Shown here: piece after piece, positions 1-7,267 of the stretch | Numbering within the stretch: position 1 is the first letter of the stretch | Layout: the number at the start of each line of letters is the position of its first letter | Assembly (NCBI GenBank): GCA_016196885.1 | Contig: JACPWU010000057.1 | Location: 1-27,174, forward strand | Source: Chlamydiota bacterium | GTDB taxonomy: Bacteria; Auribacterota; JACPWU01 | Length of the DNA stretch: 27,174 bases | Direction of reading: 5' to 3' | Notes under the pieces: model-generated | Databases searched by the model: none | What the model saw: only the letters and a program-made list of their open reading frames with translations | Told to the model about the DNA's origin: nothing | Made by a program: the position numbers and the translations under genes

Positions 1-26
1 GAACGTGCTAAAGATAACAGCTGGAT

Positions 27-152
27 TGGGTGGGGGGATTCATCGGGCAGCCCCATAAATGGGGCGACTACAAAATAAGGGAGGCGAGGTGAGGTAGAGG
101 CGGGCGGGGCTTTCATTGCATACGATGACCCCTAAAAGGGTCATTGAAATTA
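27..152 (+). repeat. Degenerate REP doublet plus ~80-nt G-rich/hairpin extension (copy A of a ~115-nt dispersed repeat; partner at 8984-9109)
   Basis: An intact REP unit GCCCCATAAATGGGGCGACTAC lies at 50-71. The left unit has decayed to GGGTGGGGGGATTCATCGGGC. By hand, 38-152 aligns to 8993-9109 with about 7 mismatches. A hairpin ATGACCC/GGGTCAT lies at 125-144. Confidence 0.8.
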
Positions 153-185
153 GTTTTTAACTCTTCATTCTTTATTGTGGACCCT

Positions 186-222
186 AAAAAAAGCCCCTGA
201 CGATACACGTCAGGGGCTTTTT
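186..222 (-). terminator. Rho-independent terminator of the HU gene (hairpin flanked by A-run and T-run, so potentially bidirectional)
   Basis: A 10-bp GC-rich stem GCCCCTGACG (193-202) / CGTCAGGGGC (208-217) closes a 5-nt loop. A7 at 186-192 gives a U-run on the minus strand, 22 nt past the hup stop. T5 follows at 218-222. Confidence 0.7.
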
Positions 223-243
223 GCAAGCGATAGACTTAAGAAA

Positions 244-522
244 CTAAACCCACGCCTTTAAAGCTTTACCAGGCTTGAAACCAACGGAGCGACTGGCCTT
301 GATCTGGATTTGCTCTCTCGTCTTAGGATTGATGCCCTTGCGAGCCTTTCGATTCCTGACGACGAAATTTCCAAAACCAATCAACTGAACAGCCTTATCC
401 TTTTTCAAACCTGTACGAATGGCATTGAGAACAGAATCGAGGGCTTTCTCAGCCGCAGCTTTTGAAGTAATTCCTGATTCTCTGTTCTTGACAATGGTTT
501 CTACGAGTTCCGACTTGTTCAT
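244..522 (-). CDS. hup: HU/IHF-family nucleoid-associated DNA-binding protein
   Basis: 92-aa ORF with the typical HU sequence (MNKSELV..., GFGNF, RKARKGINPKT arm). AGGAGG lies 7 nt upstream of the ATG. A terminator hairpin lies downstream. Confidence 0.95.
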   Translation of the reverse strand: MNKSELVETIVKNRESGITSKAAAEKALDSVLNAIRTGLKKDKAVQLIGFGNFVVRNRKARKGINPKTREQIQIKASRSVGFKPGKALKAWV

Positions 523-633
523 GACACGAACCTCCTTTAAAGTTTAACGGGGTCAGATTCTATAGGGCTTCCCAAATAATTTCCACAACTATTTTTAAAA
601 AAATGAGGAAAAATGCGTCAGAGCGGGTGAAGA

Positions 634-731
634 ATAAAACATAAAACATAAAACATAAAACATAAAACATAAAACATAAAACATAAAACATAAAACATAA
701 AACATAAAACATAAAACATAAAACATAAAAC
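634..731 (+). repeat. Perfect heptanucleotide tandem array (ATAAAAC)x14
   Basis: I counted 14 uninterrupted units over 98 nt. The next AT of the repeat phase plus G forms the ATG at 732. Confidence 0.97.
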
Positions 732-1397
732 ATGAAACCATCCATTCCTGACCCTCAATTTCTCAAAGGCCTTCTCTTTGATTTGGACGGTGTTTTGGTG
801 GACTCGATGCGTCTTCATGATCGGGCCTGGCGAAAAGCCCTCTTGGATTGGGGTCTAGAGGTTTCCCCAGAAGAAATATTTTTAAGAGAGGGCGAAAAAG
901 GATCCCTGACAGCTCACGATCTTTTGAAAAAGGCAGGGAGGGAGCCTCACCCAGAACTCATTGATGAACTGATTCGTGAAAAGGGGAAGTGGTTTAGACA
1001 AGGAGCTCGGGCGGAGTTTTTTGAAGGGGCTCTTTCCCTGATTCGTTTCTTACGGGGTAAAAAATATCGTCTGGGCTTGGTCACGGGTTCTTATTCGGCA
1101 GAGGTTAAGGTGCTCTTGGGAGAGGACTTTCTTTCGAATTTTGAAGTGGTTGTCACTGGCGATGACGTTCATCAAGGCAAACCCCATCCAGAGCCTTATT
1201 TGAGGGCCTTGGAAAAATTGGGGCTGGAGGCTTCTGGCGTGTGGGTGATTGAAAATGCCCCCTACGGAATTCGATCGGCCAAAGCGGCGGGACTGACTTG
1301 CTTGGCACTGGCGACTTCACTGCCGGCCTCTTACCTCGAGGAGGCGGATTTGATATTATCGAATTTAAAGGAGGTGAGGAGGCTTTTTGAAATATGA
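732..1397 (+). CDS. HAD-superfamily hydrolase, subfamily IA (phosphatase / beta-phosphoglucomutase-like)
   Basis: Motif I is DLDGVLVDS, motif II is LVTGS, the motif III lysine is in GKPHPEPY, and motif IV is VIENAPYGIRSA. No earlier in-frame start precedes motif I. No SD is visible. Confidence 0.9.
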   Translation: MKPSIPDPQFLKGLLFDLDGVLVDSMRLHDRAWRKALLDWGLEVSPEEIFLREGEKGSLTAHDLLKKAGREPHPELIDELIREKGKWFRQGARAEFFEGALSLIRFLRGKKYRLGLVTGSYSAEVKVLLGEDFLSNFEVVVTGDDVHQGKPHPEPYLRALEKLGLEASGVWVIENAPYGIRSAKAAGLTCLALATSLPASYLEEADLILSNLKEVRRLFEI

Positions 1398-1540
1398 AAT
1401 AGGCATATGCACTTGATTCCCCTAGTAGTCGCCCGATTCATCGGGCAATCCATGCAAGGGGCACAAGGCTGCCCCATAAATGGGGCGACTACAAATTCTT
1501 TCTATCTGAGGGGAATCAAGTGCATATGCCTAATATGAAA
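1392..1540. mobile_element. MITE-like element (1400-1532) with 24-bp perfect terminal inverted repeats and an 8-bp direct target duplication, carrying a REP doublet
   Basis: The TIR is TAGGCATATGCACTTGATTCCCCT (1400-1423) and its exact reverse complement (1509-1532). The direct repeat ATATGAAA lies at 1392-1399 and 1533-1540. The left copy contains the HAD stop codon. Confidence 0.8.
1425..1492 (+). repeat. REP doublet (REPIN-like): GTAGTCGCCCGATTCATCGGGC ... GCCCCATAAATGGGGCGACTAC
   Basis: Two inverted REP units are separated by a 23-nt spacer. Each unit has a GTAG foot plus a 6-bp hairpin. The outer 9-bp stem is GTAGTCGCC/GGCGACTAC. Confidence 0.85.
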
Positions 1541-1561
1541 AAGAGTAAGCCGGACGAATCT

Positions 1562-2878
1562 TTATAACGCGATATTGGGGAAAAGAGTGCTCAATGCGTA
1601 AAAGGGAATCCAACAAATGTTATCCTCTGTTGCAGCGGGATGGGATGAAACGACAAAGGCCTTCTTGGGATGAAAGACAGAGCGATACCAATGGAGGCTC
1701 TTGAGACGCCCTTTCTTATCACTTTTAACCTCCAGAGGAGCTAATGCTCCTTGATGTTCTATCAAATAATCAACCTCAGCGGCTGCTCCTCGTTCTTCCC
1801 TTTTCCAATAGAAAAGGGGTTTGGAACTTTCTGTCGAGGTATAGCTTAGAATTTCCTGTCCTACAAACTGTTCTGCCAGCATCCCTTGATAGAGAACGGT
1901 GAGATCGCTCTTTTCAGAAATTTGACTCCAATCTACTCCACAAAGATTTTGCATCAATCCGACATCGAGAAAAATGGTTTTAAAAACCTCGTCAGAGGCA
2001 TGGGAAGACAAAGGGATTTGGGGATTTCGAACAGCTCGAACACGAGAAAGAATCTGTGCCCTTTCCAAAAGCGAGATCACCTCTTTTAAATAGGTCGAAC
2101 GGATTTCTCGGTCAATGTGGGCATATTTAATTTGTTGTCCAATCAATTGAGGAATTTTTTCCAAGACAGACAATAAATGGGCATAGGGAATTCTGGGGGC
2201 ATATTTAGAAAAGTCCTGTCGGTAAGTTTCGATGAGATTTTGATGATGGAGAGTGACTTCCCTCACAGAGCCTGTCTCAAGGTATATTTTAACAGCCTCT
2301 GGCATCCCTCCGATTTGCATGTATTTTTTGACAAGGCCCAGACATTTGGCGTGAATGGGGTCTTCTTCTCGGGGGAGAGGGCGATTCAAAAGATAATCCT
2401 GAAGCAGGGTTTCTCCCAGGGCCTCCAAGAACTCAAAAAAGGAGAGGGGATGCATGTAGAGATAATGAATCCTGCCGACGGGAACGGATGTTTCTCCCAG
2501 CGCAAAATCCAAAAGGGAGCCCGCCGCGATCACAGCCAAGTCCGGTTTTTTCTCATAGAAGTAACGTAAAGAGGTGATGGCCCGGGGGCATTTTTGAATC
2601 TCATCTAAAAAAAGCAAAGTTTTCCCAGGGGCAATGCGTGTCTTGAGAAGAAGTTCGATCTTTTCTAATAATAAGGAAGGATCCAGGTCGCCTTCAAATA
2701 ATTCTATCAACCCCCTTTGCTTTTCGAAATTGGCCACCACACAGCTTTCAAAATTTTCCCGTCCGAATTTTTCGATGGTGAAGGATTTTCCAACCTGTCT
2801 GGCGCCTTTCACCATCAAAGGTTTTCTGGGTGAACGGGCCTTCCATTCCTTGATTTTTATCTCAATATGACGATTCAT
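1562..2878 (-). CDS. AAA+ ATPase with C-terminal DUF4143-like region
   Basis: 438-aa ORF. Walker A is GARQVGKS and Walker B-like is LLFLDEIQ. The overall layout matches the AAA_14 + DUF4143 family as I recall it. Confidence 0.8.
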   Translation of the reverse strand: MNRHIEIKIKEWKARSPRKPLMVKGARQVGKSFTIEKFGRENFESCVVANFEKQRGLIELFEGDLDPSLLLEKIELLLKTRIAPGKTLLFLDEIQKCPRAITSLRYFYEKKPDLAVIAAGSLLDFALGETSVPVGRIHYLYMHPLSFFEFLEALGETLLQDYLLNRPLPREEDPIHAKCLGLVKKYMQIGGMPEAVKIYLETGSVREVTLHHQNLIETYRQDFSKYAPRIPYAHLLSVLEKIPQLIGQQIKYAHIDREIRSTYLKEVISLLERAQILSRVRAVRNPQIPLSSHASDEVFKTIFLDVGLMQNLCGVDWSQISEKSDLTVLYQGMLAEQFVGQEILSYTSTESSKPLFYWKREERGAAAEVDYLIEHQGALAPLEVKSDKKGRLKSLHWYRSVFHPKKAFVVSSHPAATEDNICWIPFYALSTLFPNIAL

Positions 2879-2927
2879 CTATTGATTTTTAACATATTTT
2901 TGATAAAAATCAAGGTTATTTATGTGA

Positions 2928-3338
2928 TTAAATCACCAGCAGTTTTGCATCCCTCGCCTGACTTAAAAAGGTTGTGTAGCCGATCACGCCATCCAAATTT
3001 TTGGTTTGATCTTGGGTCAATCGAAAAAGTTGAACGGACTCTGAGCAACCATAGAATTTGACAGGTCCTAATTCTTTGGCCTTTTTAAAAAGATCTTCAG
3101 CCTTTGGGAGTTTCCCGTCTTCCAGCCATTGTCTATATTTTTGATTTAACACTTCCGATTGAAAAGAAGGGGACGCTTCATGGAGCCTCTTTTCTACGAA
3201 AGAGAGTAAAGCCTCTTGAGCTAGAAAAATCTGGACCTCGCCATTGAGCGCGGTGGTTGTTGCCGAAAGCGTCGCTGTCAAATGCCACTTTTCATAAGTG
3301 GCGTGTTGGAGAATGATCGCGAGTTTACGAAATGACAT
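2928..3338 (-). CDS. DsrE/DsrF/DrsH-like family protein (function unknown)
   Basis: 136-aa ORF. The N-terminal KLAIIL strand, a GCSES cysteine segment and the C-terminal DAKLLVI resemble the DrsE_2-type family. The assignment rests on remembered family features only. Confidence 0.6.
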   Translation of the reverse strand: MSFRKLAIILQHATYEKWHLTATLSATTTALNGEVQIFLAQEALLSFVEKRLHEASPSFQSEVLNQKYRQWLEDGKLPKAEDLFKKAKELGPVKFYGCSESVQLFRLTQDQTKNLDGVIGYTTFLSQARDAKLLVI

Positions 3339-3430
3339 AACAGCAGGGTACCATTTTATGTTGTATTTTTGTTGTTAAATCTTATCGATCATGCTATCGT
3401 ATAACAATGGACTAATCGATGGAGGATTTT

Positions 3431-3637
3431 ATGGATGCGGTGACTGTTTCTCCCAAATATCAGATTGTAATTCCAAGGGCCATTCGGGTGCTTCTGAAAA
3501 TTTATCCGGGTGAGAAAGTTCAAATGGTTCCCTATGAGAATCGCCTTGAGTGCATTCCTGTTAGAAAAATAAGTCAGATGAGGGGTTTTCTTAAGGGAAT
3601 TGATACGGTGGTTAAGCGGGAGAAGGATCGTGTATGA
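3431..3637 (+). CDS. vapB: AbrB/MazE/SpoVT-family antitoxin (VapB-like)
   Basis: Swapped-hairpin motif VTVSPKYQIVIPRAIRVLLKIYPGEKV. GGAGGA at 3421-3426 favours the ATG at 3431 over 3419. The stop overlaps the PIN gene start by 4 nt (ATGA). Confidence 0.8.
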   Translation: MDAVTVSPKYQIVIPRAIRVLLKIYPGEKVQMVPYENRLECIPVRKISQMRGFLKGIDTVVKREKDRV

Positions 3638-4008
3638 ATTTAGTAGATTCATGCGGCTGGTTGGAGTATTTTGCTGATGGGCCTAATGCCCGTTTTTTCG
3701 CTCCGGTTCTTCAAAACATTCAGACGCTTCTCGTCCCCTCGATCTGTATTTTAGAGGTTTTTAAGAAAGTGATGAAAGAAAGAGGTGAGGATGCGGCGCT
3801 TCAAGCTGTTGCATTGATGCAGCAGGGCGAGACCGTCGATTTAGATGTGAAGATAGCTGTTTCTGCCGCTTTGATTGGAGTTCAGTTAGATTTGTCTTTG
3901 GCCGACAGTGTGATTGTCGCAATTGCGAGAGCTCACAAAGCGGTTATTTGGACTCAAGATTCTGATTTCAGAGGGATTGAAAGAGTCAAATACAAAGCGA
4001 AAAAATGA
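3634..4008 (+). CDS. vapC: PIN-domain ribonuclease toxin (VapC)
   Basis: The acidic PIN residues are in context: D5 (LVDS), E41 (ILEVF), D91 (LADSVIV) and TQDSDF near the C-terminus. It forms a 4-nt overlap pair with vapB. Confidence 0.88.
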   Translation: MNLVDSCGWLEYFADGPNARFFAPVLQNIQTLLVPSICILEVFKKVMKERGEDAALQAVALMQQGETVDLDVKIAVSAALIGVQLDLSLADSVIVAIARAHKAVIWTQDSDFRGIERVKYKAKK

Positions 4009-6188
4009 TTGCGAAATTTTTTCTTATTTTGGTTTTTATTTTAGAGTGCGCCTTTTCTATGTCAGATGAAATCAAATCAGAAAAATCAAACCCTCGATTG
4101 CTAGAGTCGGCGAGTGCCTATCTTCGCAGTGCTTCGCGTCAGCCAGTTGAATGGTACCCGTGGTCGGACGGGGCTTTTGAAAAGGCTCAGAAAGAGGACA
4201 AGCCGATTCTCTTAGACATTGGCGCTGTGTGGTGCCATTGGTGCCATGTGATTGACCGAGAGAGTTATGAAAATCCCGAAATTGCAAAAATTATCAATCA
4301 ATATTTTGTCCCCATCAAAGTAGACCGCGACGAAAGGCCAGATGTGGATGCCCGTTATCAGCGGGCCGTGAGCGCGATCAGGGGTCAAGGCGGCTGGCCC
4401 TTAACCGCTTTTTTAACGCCTCAGGGAGAGGTTTTTTATGGGGGCACTTATTTTCCTCCGGAGGATCGTGGGGGGCGTCCCGGGATGAAGAGTTTGCTCT
4501 TGCAAGTGGCTGAGGTGTATCGCGAAAAAAAGGCCCATGTCTATGAGGATGCCAAAAAGATTTCTCAAGCCTTGTCTTCTGCTCAGCTCACCGTTTTTAA
4601 AATGGGAAAACTTTCTCCTGAAATAGTGGATCAGGTTTTAAAGCAGATGGAGGCCAGTTTTGATGAGGAATATGGAGGCTTTGGGACGGAGCCAAAATTT
4701 CCAGCAGAGGGAGCCGTGGAATTGGCTTTGGAGAAATACAGTCAGTCGGGGGATTCAAAATGGTTGGATATTGTCTCCAAAACTTTAGGCGCCATGGCCA
4801 GAGGCGGGATTCGCGATCAATTGGGGGGTGGCTTTCACCGGTACTGCGTGGATCGCTTTTGGAAGGTTCCCCATTTTGAAATCATGTTGTACGTCAATTC
4901 GGGATTGCTCGAAAATTTTTCCCATGCCTATCAGGTGACGGGAAACCCCCTTTTTAAAGAAGCTGCGCTGGGGGTGATTCGTTATGTGACCGAAGAGCTT
5001 TCGGATCAGTCGCAGGGTGGTTTTTATGGGAGCCAAGATGCCGACTATTCCATGGAGGATGATGGAGATTATTTCACTTGGAGTTTGAAAGAGGCCCAGA
5101 AGGTTTTAGACCCTCAAACCTTGGAAGTGATGAGACGTTATTATGACATTGAGGAAAAAGGGGAGATGCATGAGGACCCTGAGAAGAATGTTCTTTTTAT
5201 TGCTCAGGAGCCCCATGCCATTGCAAAGGCTTTAGGGAAACCCATTGAAGAAATTCGAGTTTTGATTGAGAAAGGGAAAGGGGCTTTAAAAACGGCTCGC
5301 GATACGAGGGAAAAACCACCTGTGGATCAAAATCTCTATGTGAATTGGAATGGCATGATGATTCATGCCTATTTTGAGGCCTATAAAGTTTTTGGGTTTG
5401 AGGAGGTGAAAAATTTTGCTTTGAAGAGTTTGGATCTTTTGTGGAATCATGCGCATGAAAAAAGCGGTGGGATGTTTCATGTTTATTTTGATGGGAAGCC
5501 CCGATTAAAAAATTTATTGGATGATCAGGTTCAAATGGCCAACGCCAGCCTGGATGCTTATGAAGTGACAGGGGAGATAAAATATTTTTCCATGGCGAAG
5601 AGGCTTGTTGATTTTTCAATTGAAAATTTTTGGGATGTTGACGCGAAAGGGGGAGGTTTTTTAGATGCCACGCCTTCCAGTGGAGAGGGGCTTCTCTCAG
5701 GTGCTCACAAAAGCTTTGAAGATGCGCCGACGCCTTCTTCCAATGCGGTGGCTGCGCAGGTTTTGGACCGGCTTTATCGTATCACGGGAGAGAAGGAGTA
5801 TGATGAGAAGGCGCAAAAAACATTGGAGCTTTTTGCCAATACAGCACCGCAATATGGGGGTTATGTGGCGAGTTACGCAAGGGCCTTGAATTTTCATTTG
5901 GTGGAGCCTCCTCGGGTGGTCATTGTTGGAAAGAAAGACGACCCGTCTTTTAAATTTCTTCTCTGGGCGGCGCATCAGGTGTATCGGCCTGGAAAAATCG
6001 TCTTGCCTTTAGAACCGGATGCAATCCATCATCCTTCCCTGTCTGAGGATTTAAAATTGCTTCTGAAGTCGCAAGGGAAATCTGACCATCCGATGGCCTT
6101 TGTTTGTGCAGCGACGGCCTGTGCTCCACCCACGGATCAGGTGGAGGAACTAAAGAAAACGATCAAAAGTTTTGGGTTGAAAAAATAA
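4005..6188 (+). CDS. Thioredoxin-domain protein, DUF255 / YyaL (SPATA20-like) with C-terminal six-hairpin-type region
   Basis: The N-terminus PVEWYPWSDGAFEKAQKEDKPILLDIGAVWCHWCHV is typical of DUF255. The start is ambiguous: ATG 4005 overlaps the vapC stop (ATGA), while ATG 4059 would give the usual N-terminal length. Confidence 0.88.
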   Translation: MIAKFFLILVFILECAFSMSDEIKSEKSNPRLLESASAYLRSASRQPVEWYPWSDGAFEKAQKEDKPILLDIGAVWCHWCHVIDRESYENPEIAKIINQYFVPIKVDRDERPDVDARYQRAVSAIRGQGGWPLTAFLTPQGEVFYGGTYFPPEDRGGRPGMKSLLLQVAEVYREKKAHVYEDAKKISQALSSAQLTVFKMGKLSPEIVDQVLKQMEASFDEEYGGFGTEPKFPAEGAVELALEKYSQSGDSKWLDIVSKTLGAMARGGIRDQLGGGFHRYCVDRFWKVPHFEIMLYVNSGLLENFSHAYQVTGNPLFKEAALGVIRYVTEELSDQSQGGFYGSQDADYSMEDDGDYFTWSLKEAQKVLDPQTLEVMRRYYDIEEKGEMHEDPEKNVLFIAQEPHAIAKALGKPIEEIRVLIEKGKGALKTARDTREKPPVDQNLYVNWNGMMIHAYFEAYKVFGFEEVKNFALKSLDLLWNHAHEKSGGMFHVYFDGKPRLKNLLDDQVQMANASLDAYEVTGEIKYFSMAKRLVDFSIENFWDVDAKGGGFLDATPSSGEGLLSGAHKSFEDAPTPSSNAVAAQVLDRLYRITGEKEYDEKAQKTLELFANTAPQYGGYVASYARALNFHLVEPPRVVIVGKKDDPSFKFLLWAAHQVYRPGKIVLPLEPDAIHHPSLSEDLKLLLKSQGKSDHPMAFVCAATACAPPTDQVEELKKTIKSFGLKK

Positions 6189-6204
6189 AGGAATAACCCC
6201 CTAG

Positions 6205-6259
6205 CCCCCCTTAAAAAATAAGGGGGGGAAGCCCTCCCCTTATTAAGGGGGTTGGAGGG
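6205..6259 (+). repeat. Two small CCCC..GGGG hairpins with a GTTGGAGGGG tail, related to the palindromic elements at 20119-20166 and 21353-21397
   Basis: One hairpin is CCCCCCTTA-AAAAA-TAAGGGGGG (6205-6227). The other is CCCCT-TATTA-AGGGG followed by GTTGGAGGGG (6236-6259). Confidence 0.55.
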
Positions 6260-7267
6260 GTGAGTGAGCTATCTATGTCCTATTCTCATTTAGCTGAAAA
6301 AGTTTTGTCGCATCAAACTTTAACGCGTGAAGAGGCGCGTTCCATTCTTCAGGCACCTCTAGAGGATTTTCAAGAGGTGATAGAGGCGGCTTTAAAGATC
6401 CGTGAACATTATCATGGCCGCAAGGTCAAATTATGCCTTTTGCAAAATACCCGCAGTGGGTTGTGTCCGGAAGATTGCCATTATTGTTCTCAGTCCGCAA
6501 TTTCAAAAGCGAAAATCGAAAAATACAGTTTGATGGGGAAGGCGGAACTTTTGGCGGCTGCCCACAAGGCGGTGGAGGCGGGCGCGCGGCGGTATTGCAT
6601 GGTCACGAGTGGTCGGGGTCCGAGCGATCGAGACATTGAGCATTTGGAGGATGTGGTTAAAGGTGTGAAGGAAAAATATCCTGATTTAGAAATCTGCTGT
6701 TCTTTGGGGTTGATGGATTTTCCTAAGGCAAAAAAATTGAAAGAAGCCGGTGTGGGATGGGTGAATCATAATTTGAATACGAGCGAACGGTTTTATCCTG
6801 AAATCTGTCAGACGCATACCTATCAAGATCGGGTGAATACCTTGCATGCGGTGAAGGAAGCGGGGCTTTCCACGTGCTCTGGAGGAATTGTGGGGATGGG
6901 GGAAACCGACGAAGATATTCTGGATTTGGCGTTTGCGATTCAGGCTTTAGACATTGACTCTATTCCCATTAATTTTTTGCATCCCATCGGTGGGACTCCT
7001 TTGGGTCAAGCGGAGAAGTTGGATCCCATTAAGGGTTTGCTCACCTTGTCTCTTTTTCGGTTTTTAAATCCACATAAAGAAGTTCGGGCTGCGGGTGGGC
7101 GTGAGTTTAATTTAAAAGATTTGCAAGGGTTTGCCATTTATCCAGCCAATTCTATTTTTATCGAAGGTTATCTCACCACTCCGGGTCAGCAAGCGCTGGA
7201 GGCCCGTCGTATGATTGAAGACATGGGATTTGAGGTAGAAGAGCATCCGGCAGAGGCCTCTTGCTGA
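6260..7267 (+). CDS. bioB: Biotin synthase (radical SAM)
   Basis: CPEDCHYCSQS is the CxxxCxxC cluster motif, NHNLNTS is present, and the length is BioB-like. The ORF-track start is GTG 6260; the alternative is ATG 6275. Confidence 0.92.
   Translation: MSELSMSYSHLAEKVLSHQTLTREEARSILQAPLEDFQEVIEAALKIREHYHGRKVKLCLLQNTRSGLCPEDCHYCSQSAISKAKIEKYSLMGKAELLAAAHKAVEAGARRYCMVTSGRGPSDRDIEHLEDVVKGVKEKYPDLEICCSLGLMDFPKAKKLKEAGVGWVNHNLNTSERFYPEICQTHTYQDRVNTLHAVKEAGLSTCSGGIVGMGETDEDILDLAFAIQALDIDSIPINFLHPIGGTPLGQAEKLDPIKGLLTLSLFRFLNPHKEVRAAGGREFNLKDLQGFAIYPANSIFIEGYLTTPGQQALEARRMIEDMGFEVEEHPAEASC

Noticed and set aside
114-150. CRISPR-repeat-like 37-mer CATTGCATACGATGACCCCTAAAAGGGTCATTGAAAT (also at 9067-9107), and a similar ...CGTTGAAAC end at 9117-9153
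   Set aside because: The hairpin plus ATTGAAA-type tail recalls CRISPR repeats. However, the copies are 9 kb apart, are part of a larger dispersed repeat, have no regularly spaced neighbours, and no cas genes are present.
560-818. Two minus-strand ORFs (61 and 66 aa) rich in FMFYVLC repeats
   Set aside because: They are simply the translation of the (ATAAAAC)14 array in two frames. They have no RBS, overlap each other and the HAD gene start, and the peptide periodicity equals the DNA repeat.
4005-4058. N-terminal MIAKFFLILVFILECAFS of the YyaL-like protein as a lipoprotein signal
   Set aside because: ILEC is not a good lipobox because of the Glu at position -1. DUF255 proteins are usually cytoplasmic. 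The segment may not be translated at all if initiation is at 4059, so this is left as a start-site ambiguity.
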